A stretch of 64,000 nucleotides of DNA from Candidatus Peregrinibacteria bacterium (GTDB lineage: Bacteria > Patescibacteriota > Gracilibacteria > UBA1369 > LOWO2-01-FULL-3), in NCBI GenBank assembly GCA_043810515.1, contig JBDRNZ010000001.1, positions 1,064 to 65,063 on the forward strand, given 5' to 3'. Under the pieces are notes generated by a model. It did no database searches. It was not told the DNA's origin and worked only from the letters and a program-made list of their open reading frames with translations. Below, piece by piece: positions 1-8,030 of this stretch; positions within the stretch are counted from its first letter, which is position 1; the number at the start of each line of letters is the position of its first letter. The position numbers and the translations under genes are program-made.

Positions 1-340
1 CCGTCTTCCCGTCGACAGCGCACTCGCTGTAGAGATACGCTGCGGCTTCGACAATGCTCGAGGACATCGAAGCGTGGTCCGTGAACTGGTGGTTCGACGG
101 CCTGTTGCAGTTGGTGTTGAGCGGACAGTCCGGCAGGTTGCCGCAGCCCGCCTCGGCCCAGCCGTTCTCCGGATCGCTACCTCCGCCGAACTCTCCCTGA
201 GTTCCGAAAGGCGGACTCTCTCCGGGGATCTCCGCCCATGAGAGCCCCGAGCCGGAGCCCGGAAGAAGGAGCTCATCCTGGCAGCCTTCCGTCAGGACGG
301 CCGCCAGCGACATGAAGATCAGGCACCACTTCTTGCTCAT
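1..340 (-). CDS. 5' part of a secreted/lipoprotein-like hypothetical protein (gene continues past the left window edge)
   Basis: ATG at 340-338 with GGAG 7 nt upstream. My translation is MSKKWCLIFMSLAAVLTEGCQDELLLPGSGSG..., a signal peptide plus Cys. The frame stays open to position 1. Visibly GC-richer than the rest of the window. Confidence 0.6.
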   Translation of the reverse strand, partial: MSKKWCLIFMSLAAVLTEGCQDELLLPGSGSGLSWAEIPGESPPFGTQGEFGGGSDPENGWAEAGCGNLPDCPLNTNCNRPSNHQFTDHASMSSSIVEAAAYLYSECAVDGKT

Positions 341-394
341 GACAATTCTCCTTTTTTTTCGCACCGTTTGAAAAACCCAAAACTTATATCTAGA

Positions 395-418
395 ACGAGA
401 TGTCAAGGAACATCTCGT
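395..418. promoter_or_regulatory. Perfect 9-bp inverted repeat (ACGAGATGT-caagga-ACATCTCGT) upstream of the GC-rich edge gene
   Basis: Read directly from the sequence. It lies 55-78 nt upstream of the minus-strand ATG at 340. Operator or hairpin function is unknown. Confidence 0.3.
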
Positions 419-700
419 GAATTATTCTTCTCAAATATTCACGGGAATAAGCCGGATTCCGGGGACACGAAGGCATCATTCCTGATCCTTGAGCCCACTT
501 CGGAATCTTCGTTGCAGAAAAATTTTACTGATGAATTTCAGAATAAATTAACAAAAACCCCACCTCCCAAAAAGTTTGTTTTAACCAACCCGAAACATCC
601 CCCTTTTTCTGTTGACGAGAACTTTTCAACACAAAAAATTGCAAGGTAGCCGAAAAGGAGTTATAAATATATCAACAAATATCCTTAACCAAAGGAAAGT

Positions 701-943
701 ATGAAAACGAAATTACTCGTGTTAGCGGGCTTTGTGCTTGCAATCGCAGGATGCAGCTCGACAAGCACCGAATCAAGCCTGGCTGATTGTGAAGCAATGG
801 ATGCCGGAGCCGCTCAGAATGAATGTTACTGGGAACTTGCTATGTCATCAGCCGATGTAACGGTTTGCGACTGGCTTCCACTGGAAAATCCGGACAATCC
901 TGAACACAACGGTACGACTTGCAGAGACGAATTGAATAAATAA
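701..943 (+). CDS. Small lipoprotein, hypothetical
   Basis: 80 aa. Lipobox-type signal MKTKLLVLAGFVLAIAGCSS. Confidence 0.6.
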   Translation: MKTKLLVLAGFVLAIAGCSSTSTESSLADCEAMDAGAAQNECYWELAMSSADVTVCDWLPLENPDNPEHNGTTCRDELNK

Positions 944-963
944 ATCCCGTTTTTTAGATAAAA

Positions 964-1530
964 CTAAAACGCGATCATCATTTGAGACATATCGTCTATT
1001 TCTGATGCGATGCTGTTTGGACCGTTAATATCCAGGTTATACCCGTCAAAAGCGTTTGGTACAAAAAAGCTTAAGCTGTCCACACCGTCACGCGTATAGT
1101 GGACTCTTATACCGCGCACTCCATAGACGTGTACCTTTCGCAGATTGAAAGAATCTGAGGCCAGGCCTGTTTCTTCAGCAAAAGCAGTTACGAGATTCTC
1201 TTCCGGCAGTTCCGGAATAATGCAGTCAAAACAAAAACCATCTTCGCTGTCCGTGGATATATAGGAAATTTCCGGACTTACGGCATCGCCGTCAAAAGAA
1301 ACAGTCACTTTTCCCTCTTCCGCTGTTCCCGAAACAACCGGCATTCCCCATTCTTCTTTGTAGCAGAATTTTAAGGTAGAATCCGGAACCTCATAAAGAA
1401 CGCTGTTACCAAAACAGTCAGCGCTTGTTAATTCCGGCATTTCTGGAGGAGCAACGGTAGTTGTCGTTGAAGTGCTGCACGCTGTAAGGAACAGCGACAA
1501 GCCCATCATTACCAAAGCAATTTTTTTCAT
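964..1530 (-). CDS. Lipoprotein, hypothetical
   Basis: 188 aa. Signal plus lipobox MKKIALVMMGLSLFLTACSTS. Confidence 0.65.
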   Translation of the reverse strand: MKKIALVMMGLSLFLTACSTSTTTTVAPPEMPELTSADCFGNSVLYEVPDSTLKFCYKEEWGMPVVSGTAEEGKVTVSFDGDAVSPEISYISTDSEDGFCFDCIIPELPEENLVTAFAEETGLASDSFNLRKVHVYGVRGIRVHYTRDGVDSLSFFVPNAFDGYNLDINGPNSIASEIDDMSQMMIAF

Positions 1531-1556
1531 ATAATGAAAATTAAAAAATAAATATT

Positions 1557-3968
1557 TTACTTAACCACAAATCCCACTATCCTTCCCGGAACATAAATTT
1601 CCTTCACGACTTTTCCCGCGGACAGATATTTCATCACATTTGCATTCTCCCGCGCAAGTTTCAAAGCTTCCTCTTTTACCGCGTCTATTGAAATTTCTAT
1701 TTCCCCGCGGACTTTTCCGTTTACCTGCACTCCGATTTTAATACTTTCATCAATCACAAGTTTTTTATCAAATTCCGGCCATCCGCAGTCAATAACACTG
1801 TATTTTTCACCGATGATCTCCCAGCATTCCTCTGCAAGATGTGGTGCCAGCGGTGCGATAAGCGAAACCAAAACCTTTTTAGCGCCTTTATCGATTCCGT
1901 TTTTCACCGCAAAATTTAAAAATCCCATAAACGCCGCGACAGCGGTATTAAAATGCATTTTTTCAATATCGCCGGTAATTTTTTTGATAAGTTTGTGCAG
2001 ATTTTTCTCCAGAACTGCGGAATCCAAAATCTTTCCGGAATCGTTCTTTATAAGATTCCAGAACTTGTCGACAAACCGCGCGATGCCGGTTATGCCGCTG
2101 TCATTCCAGTCGCCACCGTCGGTAAAAGGCCCCATAAACATGAGATACATCCTAAAAACATCACTTCCATATTTTTCGACGAAAGAATCCGGACTCACGA
2201 CATTTCCTTTTGATTTACTCATTTTTGCACCATCTTTCGTGATCATTCCCTGATGCACAAGTTTTGTGAAAGGCTCTTTAAAATCAATAAATCCAAGATC
2301 GTTCAGCACCATATTTATGAATCTCGCGTACAAAAGATGCATGCACGCGTGTTCCGGCCCGCCGATATACATGTCTACCGGAAGCCATTTTTTTGTGATT
2401 TTTTTGTCGAATGGTTTGTCGGTTAGTGTGTTTGATGGGTAACGCAAAAAATACCAGCTGCTGCATACAAAAGTGTCCATTGTGTCCGCTTCGCGCACGG
2501 CCTTGCCGCCGCATTTCGGGCATTTGCAGTTCAAAAACTTCTCATGACTCGCGAGAGGGGACTTCCCATCATTGCGCGGCTTCAAATCAACATTTTCAGG
2601 CAGCTTAACAGGAAGGTCTTTCTCGTCCACCGCAACTTCACCGCATTTTTCACAATAAACAATCGGAATCGGCGCGCCCCAATATCTCTGCCTGCTCACA
2701 AGCCAGTCGCGCAGTTTATAATTTATCGTGGCTCGGCCATGATGAGTTCCTTCAATCCATTTTATCATTTCAGGTAGTGCTTTTCGGTTATTCATTCCGC
2801 TGAAACCTCCGGAATTAAACAAAATCCCGTCAGCCGTGTACGCGCCTTCAAAGTCGGCAGGGTCAATTTCCTCGCCATTCTCGGAGATCACAAATTTTAA
2901 AGGAATATTATATTTCCTAGCGAACTCAAAATCGCGCTCATCATGCGCATCGGCCATCACAACGCCCGTGCCGTACATCAGCACGAAATTCGCCATATAC
3001 ACTGGGATTTTTTCGTTCGTGGCCGGATTTATTACATATTTGCCAAGAAAACAGCCGATCTTATCTTTTCCGCCCTCGGAAGTTCTTTCTATAAGTGTTT
3101 GTTTGTTAATTGTGTTTCTGGCCTTTTTTACCTCGGCTTCGTATTTTGTTCCTTTCACAAATTCATCGACCAGAGGATGCTCCGGCGCGATAACCATAAA
3201 AGTGACGCTATAAATAGTGTCCGGCCTTGTCGTGTAGCAGATCAGCAGGTCACTGCCATCCTCAAGCGGGAAATCAATTTCACATCCGTGGCTTTTGCCT
3301 ATCCAGTTTTCCTGCATCGCAATCGTTTTTTCCGGCCAGTCGAGACTTTCATAATCAAGCAGTTTCTCGGCATAATCGCTTATTTTGAAAAACCACTGAC
3401 TCAGGTCTTTTTTTGTAATTTCGCTGTGGCATCTTTCGCATGTGCCGTCCTGAACCTGCTCGTTTGCAAGAACGGTCTTGCAGCTCGGACACCAATTCAC
3501 GGGCGCCATTTTTTTATATGCCAGGCCGTTTTTGTAAAGCTGGAGAAAAATCCATTGTGTCCATTTGTAATATTCCGGATCCGAAGTTGTAACGGATTTA
3601 TCCCAGTCGTACATTGCGCCCATCGCGCCAAGCTGTTTTTTCATGTACGCGACATTTTTTGAAATGCTTTCGGCAGGCGGAACGCCTGTTTTTATCGCGT
3701 AATTTTCGGCCGGCAAACCAAAGCTGTCAAAGCCCATCGGTTCAAATACATTGTGTCCTCTCATTCTCATATATCTGCCCCAGCTGTCTGCCTGCCCGAA
3801 ATTGTACCAGTGTCCGACATGCAGCTTGTCTCCCGAAGGATACGGAAACATCACGAGATTGTAATATTTCTCGCGCTTCCCGTCGTTTAAATCCGCTTTA
3901 TAAAGACCGGTTTTCGACCATTTCTTCTGCCATTTTTTTTCGGTCTCGCCCGCCTGATATCGTGGCAT
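1557..3968 (-). CDS. leuS: Leucine--tRNA ligase
   Basis: 803 aa. Class I aaRS HIGH-type motif (PYPSGDKLHVGH) and KMSKS (GAKMSKSKGN). LeuRS-like overall sequence. Confidence 0.97.
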   Translation of the reverse strand: MPRYQAGETEKKWQKKWSKTGLYKADLNDGKREKYYNLVMFPYPSGDKLHVGHWYNFGQADSWGRYMRMRGHNVFEPMGFDSFGLPAENYAIKTGVPPAESISKNVAYMKKQLGAMGAMYDWDKSVTTSDPEYYKWTQWIFLQLYKNGLAYKKMAPVNWCPSCKTVLANEQVQDGTCERCHSEITKKDLSQWFFKISDYAEKLLDYESLDWPEKTIAMQENWIGKSHGCEIDFPLEDGSDLLICYTTRPDTIYSVTFMVIAPEHPLVDEFVKGTKYEAEVKKARNTINKQTLIERTSEGGKDKIGCFLGKYVINPATNEKIPVYMANFVLMYGTGVVMADAHDERDFEFARKYNIPLKFVISENGEEIDPADFEGAYTADGILFNSGGFSGMNNRKALPEMIKWIEGTHHGRATINYKLRDWLVSRQRYWGAPIPIVYCEKCGEVAVDEKDLPVKLPENVDLKPRNDGKSPLASHEKFLNCKCPKCGGKAVREADTMDTFVCSSWYFLRYPSNTLTDKPFDKKITKKWLPVDMYIGGPEHACMHLLYARFINMVLNDLGFIDFKEPFTKLVHQGMITKDGAKMSKSKGNVVSPDSFVEKYGSDVFRMYLMFMGPFTDGGDWNDSGITGIARFVDKFWNLIKNDSGKILDSAVLEKNLHKLIKKITGDIEKMHFNTAVAAFMGFLNFAVKNGIDKGAKKVLVSLIAPLAPHLAEECWEIIGEKYSVIDCGWPEFDKKLVIDESIKIGVQVNGKVRGEIEISIDAVKEEALKLARENANVMKYLSAGKVVKEIYVPGRIVGFVVK

Positions 3969-4004
3969 AGTAAAAGTTACAAGCGAGCACGATTTTACCC
4001 CCGT

Positions 4005-4622
4005 TTATATAATTTTGTCCACCATCAGCCTGGAGTCGGGATAAATATGTTTAATCCACGCCGGACCGGGGTCGTTGTCAGTATTTTTATTCAATTCCTC
4101 AACCTGTTCCGTCAGATCTTTCGCGGAAAAAATAATCTCAATAACTTTATTTTTTTTGTTGAGAACGGGATAGGCGCTGAGCATTACAAGCAGCTCACCG
4201 TCATTTCCTGAAATTCTGTACGGACCGATACCTTCAAGTTTTTCACCTTCGCTTATAAGTTTGGAATGACTCGAAACAAATTCCGCCATATCTTTGCTGT
4301 TTATATGGTCAAACAGCGAGTGTCCGGTAAGAGCATCGCATTTTACAGACAGCATTGAGCAAAAGTCCGCGCTCGCGTATTTTACTTTTCCTTCAACATC
4401 AATCACGACCATTGGAGCGTCCTTGTCGCTCAAATATTCTCTGTAGGCCGCTTCCAGACTGGCCTCAGCAATGGAGGATTCATTCACGTGAACAGCATCC
4501 GTTTGTATCGTTGTAGTTTGAATTCCGCCGGTTTCAAGAAAAAACAGCATAAACATAAACGATACTGCAAATATAGCTATAGCCGAGATAGCAATCTTTT
4601 TGTTTTGTGAAAGTGTAAGCAT
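4005..4622 (-). CDS. Membrane-anchored PAS-like sensor domain protein
   Basis: The ORF track gives 4005..4853. I prefer the internal ATG at 4622 (MLTLSQNKKIAISAIAIFAV...) because the upstream part overlaps the divergent gene at 4738. One TM helix followed by a PAS-like region (VVIDVEGKVKYASADFCSMLSV...). Confidence 0.55.
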   Translation of the reverse strand: MLTLSQNKKIAISAIAIFAVSFMFMLFFLETGGIQTTTIQTDAVHVNESSIAEASLEAAYREYLSDKDAPMVVIDVEGKVKYASADFCSMLSVKCDALTGHSLFDHINSKDMAEFVSSHSKLISEGEKLEGIGPYRISGNDGELLVMLSAYPVLNKKNKVIEIIFSAKDLTEQVEELNKNTDNDPGPAWIKHIYPDSRLMVDKII

Positions 4623-4737
4623 GCGTAATTTATGATTTGTTTTATTATAACACAAAACCGCCAAAGCGTCAATGTGCGACTTGGGCAGGACAAGCCAAAA
4701 AGTGGTATAATTCTTTTGAAAAAATAACCAATTTTCT

Positions 4738-5187
4738 ATGGAAAACAAAAACGTGGATGTTTCGGCCATATTGGCCATTCTCAAAAAAATACCTTTATTT
4801 AAGGATCTTGATGAAAATTCCCACAGAGAAATTATCCAGAAAATAGTTCTCATGTATTATCCCGCAAATTACATGCTTTTTAAGGAAGGGGACGAGGGAG
4901 ACGCCCTTTATATAGTAAAGAAAGGCATGGTCGAGATTTTTCATTCCGCGCCGGAAGGGGAATTGCCCAAGACTGTTGCGCAGATAAATGCTGACGGATT
5001 TTTTGGCGAAATGGCTCTGGTTTCCGATGAACACAGAAATGCTTCCGCAAAAACGCTCGCGGACAGCGAAATATTTATTCTCTCAAAAGACGATTTTAAG
5101 AAACTTCTTGCGACAAACACGACACTCGCGGAGCAGATAAGCGCAACAATGGTTTCAAGAATAAATGAAAATACCAAGCCTAACTGA
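4738..5187 (+). CDS. Stand-alone cyclic-nucleotide-binding domain protein
   Basis: 149 aa. cNMP-binding signature ...GDALYIVKKGMVEIF...FFGEMALVSDEHRNASAKT... Confidence 0.85.
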   Translation: MENKNVDVSAILAILKKIPLFKDLDENSHREIIQKIVLMYYPANYMLFKEGDEGDALYIVKKGMVEIFHSAPEGELPKTVAQINADGFFGEMALVSDEHRNASAKTLADSEIFILSKDDFKKLLATNTTLAEQISATMVSRINENTKPN

Positions 5188-5193
5188 TAAATA

Positions 5194-5538
5194 ATGATAC
5201 TGGTTTATCTTATACTCGCGCATCTTGCAGGCGATTTTATATTTCAGCCGAAATCTCTTGTTAAATGGAAGATGAGAAGCAAAAAAGGGCTTCTAGTACA
5301 CGTTTTTATTCATTTTGTAATAATACTGCTGGTGCTTATACCATATCTGCTGAAAGGATTTTTATGGCCGCTTGCGGTCGCATTCGCAATAAGCACGACA
5401 CATTTTTTCATTGATCTTGCGAAAATAACCTATATAAAACGTCATACGTCAGGACCGAAGCCTTTCTTTCTCGATCAGGCAGCGCACCTTGCGGTTATTT
5501 TTCTGATTTTCATTCTGATAACAGCGATAGCGCCTTAA
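5194..5538 (+). CDS. DUF3307-like small membrane protein
   Basis: 114 aa, 3-4 hydrophobic helices. N-terminal LAHLAGDFIFQP motif. Confidence 0.55.
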   Translation: MILVYLILAHLAGDFIFQPKSLVKWKMRSKKGLLVHVFIHFVIILLVLIPYLLKGFLWPLAVAFAISTTHFFIDLAKITYIKRHTSGPKPFFLDQAAHLAVIFLIFILITAIAP

Positions 5539-6533
5539 AGATTTGCATGCTCGCCTTCGGTATCCTTATCTTCCTTGTTTTCCTCTTCTTTCTGTTCCTC
5601 TTCCGGAAGTCCTCTTGCTGTATGAATTTTTTGGGATGTCAATTCAAGAAAAGTGAAAGTCCATACGGTATATGAAAAAATATCGACAATTCCATTAAGA
5701 TAAGCCGCAATAATCAGCGCAACAAACCCCACGAGTCCCCCAACGATTACACTGGTCACCGGAAGCGTAACCGTGGCGATATATCCTGTAATAAGCACGA
5801 TCAGCGCGGGAATCAGAAAAACAAGTATTACCTGAATTACGATTCTGATGCCGATAATCAACATTAGAATTGTTACGAGAAATGTATGTTTAAGGTTCAT
5901 TACCACAAGTTTCGCGCTCTTTTTCATGGATTCAAAAACACCATCATCATCAACCACGATAAAAAAGTCCGCATAAGTGAAAAGAATCGTCAAAACAAGA
6001 CTTATGATTACGAAAATTATAAAAACGGGCAAAAACAGCTTGAATATAACAGGTCCGAGATTCCTCAAAACAAAAGCCATTTCAATAATTATGGAAAAAA
6101 ACGCAAAGGTTTTTATCAGCAAATGATATTCAAGAAGCGGCAAGAAAGACATTATCCCATGCCTAAGACCCGTGCCAACACCAGCCGGCTGATTGTTCCT
6201 GTTTCTTGCAATCATCTGAATTGAGGACGCTTTCGCGAGGGTCGGAAATAACAGATAAACAATTGCAAAAATTGCCGCAACAATTACAAGCGGAACTGTT
6301 AGGGACACATGATCCCGTATAAATGTCCATATAAAAGCAGCGACCTCGTGCAGAAAACTTTCGTCGGAATCATCGAACAAATAGGATTTTTTAAAGGCGA
6401 AAAACTGATATGCAAGATAGCCGACGCTAAATGTTGTTGTGAATAAAGCAGGAAGAAAGCCAAACCATAATATAAGTTTTTTATTTTTCTGAGTATAAAG
6501 CCAGGATTCCGCAATTATCTTCCGATAGTTCAT
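5535..6533 (-). CDS. Polytopic membrane protein, hypothetical
   Basis: 332 aa, multiple long hydrophobic segments, acidic C-terminal tail. No motif recognised. Confidence 0.6.
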   Translation of the reverse strand: MNYRKIIAESWLYTQKNKKLILWFGFLPALFTTTFSVGYLAYQFFAFKKSYLFDDSDESFLHEVAAFIWTFIRDHVSLTVPLVIVAAIFAIVYLLFPTLAKASSIQMIARNRNNQPAGVGTGLRHGIMSFLPLLEYHLLIKTFAFFSIIIEMAFVLRNLGPVIFKLFLPVFIIFVIISLVLTILFTYADFFIVVDDDGVFESMKKSAKLVVMNLKHTFLVTILMLIIGIRIVIQVILVFLIPALIVLITGYIATVTLPVTSVIVGGLVGFVALIIAAYLNGIVDIFSYTVWTFTFLELTSQKIHTARGLPEEEQKEEENKEDKDTEGEHANL

Positions 6534-6590
6534 AAGAAGTATTTTACTGTAGGGCTTGCTAAAGTCAACAGACGCAATTATATTTTACAC

Positions 6591-7529
6591 ATGATCACGG
6601 AATCAAAAATTGAAAAAATTAAAAGCAGAAAAGCTCCTTTTACATGGATATCAATAACTAATCCGGACACGCGGGCCACGGCTTATTTGAAAAAAACATA
6701 TAAATTTCATCACCTCGACCTGGAGGATTGTTTGTCGAAAGAAAGCGAAAGGTCAAAAATCGACGAATATGAAAATTATCTTTTCATAGTCCTGCACATA
6801 CCTGTCGTACAGGGTCGGAAAAAAACAGTAAAATCATCAGAAATATATATTTTCATAGGACAGAATTTTGTTGTGACGATCCACAGAAACGATCCGATCA
6901 TAGAAAAACTTTTCGAAACCTGCAAAAAAAAGAAAAAAATCAGGGAAAATTACATGGACAAGGGAAGCGGATATTTTCTTTACATGATTATTGATGACCT
7001 TTTTGAATCGGGATTTCCAACTCTGGACGATCTCGGAAAACAACTGAATGAACTTGAGGTAGATGTTTTTGAAAGCGATTATTCGAAGGACAGACTCAAG
7101 GATATTTTAATGTTGAAAAAAGACATTATCAATTTCAGACGCATAATCATGCCGCAGCGTGCGATAATTGCCCAGCTCGAGCACAAAAACAAGAAATTTC
7201 TGCCTGAAAATCTGGATGTTTATTTCGATGATATAGTGGATAAAATAGAGAAAATCTGGAACAGACTGGAAAACCTGCAGGAACTGGCGGTTTCTCTTCA
7301 GGATACAAACGAATCGATTCTGTCCCACAATACAAATAATGTCATAAAAATCCTGACTATTTTTTCGGTAATTATGCTTCCGCTGACCTTTATTACAGGG
7401 TTTTATGGAATGAATATAATAAACCTGCCGCTTGCGGAGCATCCGCTGGCTTTTCCTGTAATAACAGGTATTTTAATAGGAATAGTGGTGACGATGATAA
7501 GCTATTTTAGATATAAAAGGTGGATATAA
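6591..7529 (+). CDS. corA: CorA-family magnesium/cobalt transporter
   Basis: 312 aa. YGMN motif (FYGMNIINLP) between two C-terminal TM helices. Confidence 0.9.
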   Translation: MITESKIEKIKSRKAPFTWISITNPDTRATAYLKKTYKFHHLDLEDCLSKESERSKIDEYENYLFIVLHIPVVQGRKKTVKSSEIYIFIGQNFVVTIHRNDPIIEKLFETCKKKKKIRENYMDKGSGYFLYMIIDDLFESGFPTLDDLGKQLNELEVDVFESDYSKDRLKDILMLKKDIINFRRIIMPQRAIIAQLEHKNKKFLPENLDVYFDDIVDKIEKIWNRLENLQELAVSLQDTNESILSHNTNNVIKILTIFSVIMLPLTFITGFYGMNIINLPLAEHPLAFPVITGILIGIVVTMISYFRYKRWI

Positions 7530-7608
7530 GCCGATTTTCACTCTTGCCAAAAATCAGATTTTTGTGTAAACTTACGCCTGCAAATTTTTTTCCCAAAAAT
7601 ACTATATT

Positions 7609-7878
7609 ATGGAACGAACCAAAAAAAAGAAAGTAATGACAAAATACGGAACCCATGAAAAAGACACGGGTTCGTCACAGGTGCAGGTTGCAATCCTTAC
7701 GGAAAGGATAAACGATCTTTCAAAACACCTTGAAACGCATCCGAAGGATGACCATTCAAGAAAAGGCCTTTTGAAATTGGTGGGAAAAAGGAGAAAACAT
7801 CTGAATTATCTGAAAATGCACAAAAAAGATAATTACGAAAAGCTTCTTGGAGAACTTAAGCTGAGAAAATTAAAATAG
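7609..7878 (+). CDS. rpsO: 30S ribosomal protein S15
   Basis: 89 aa. DTGSSQVQVAILTERINDLSKHL...HSRKGLLKLVGKRRKHLNYL matches the S15 pattern. Located upstream of pnp, as in many bacteria. Confidence 0.95.
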   Translation: MERTKKKKVMTKYGTHEKDTGSSQVQVAILTERINDLSKHLETHPKDDHSRKGLLKLVGKRRKHLNYLKMHKKDNYEKLLGELKLRKLK

Positions 7879-7918
7879 CGCTCTTTTAAATATTTTTCCG
7901 CCGGCCACAGGAGGAAAC

Positions 7919-7980
7919 TCTTAAGTAACAGGCTTGAAAGAACTAAGAAAGTTTAGTTCTTTAAATCTTGTCACTTGAGA
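7919..7980 (+). promoter_or_regulatory. Long imperfect hairpin in the rpsO-pnp spacer (about 28 bp, 3 mismatches, perfect 10-bp apical stem 7937-7946/7953-7962)
   Basis: Pairing worked out by hand. Its position is analogous to the RNase III-processed pnp leader hairpin of E. coli. It may also act as the rpsO terminator. Confidence 0.6.
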
Positions 7981-8030
7981 CGGTTTTGGTTCCTGTTTAC
8001 CGGCTGTAATTCCTAACAATTAAGTAAACT

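Noticed and set aside
368-649. 93-aa ORF in the spacer between the GC-rich edge gene and the first lipoprotein gene
   Set aside because: It starts at a non-ATG codon. The peptide is low-complexity and Pro/Lys-rich, with no motif. The region is better explained as a promoter/leader spacer.
1813-3970. Multiple ORF-track entries antisense to or overlapping leuS. Similar shadow ORFs lie inside pnp, the RSH gene, ligA, polX, typA, pepA, trxB and others.
   Set aside because: They lie opposite long ORFs with unmistakable conserved motifs. Their translations are Cys/Arg/Phe-rich nonsense typical of antisense frames.
7236-7250. DnaA-box-like 8/9 match (reverse complement TTATCCACT) as a hint of a replication origin
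   Set aside because: It is a single imperfect box inside the corA coding sequence. There is no cluster, no AT-rich unwinding element and no dnaA or dnaN nearby.
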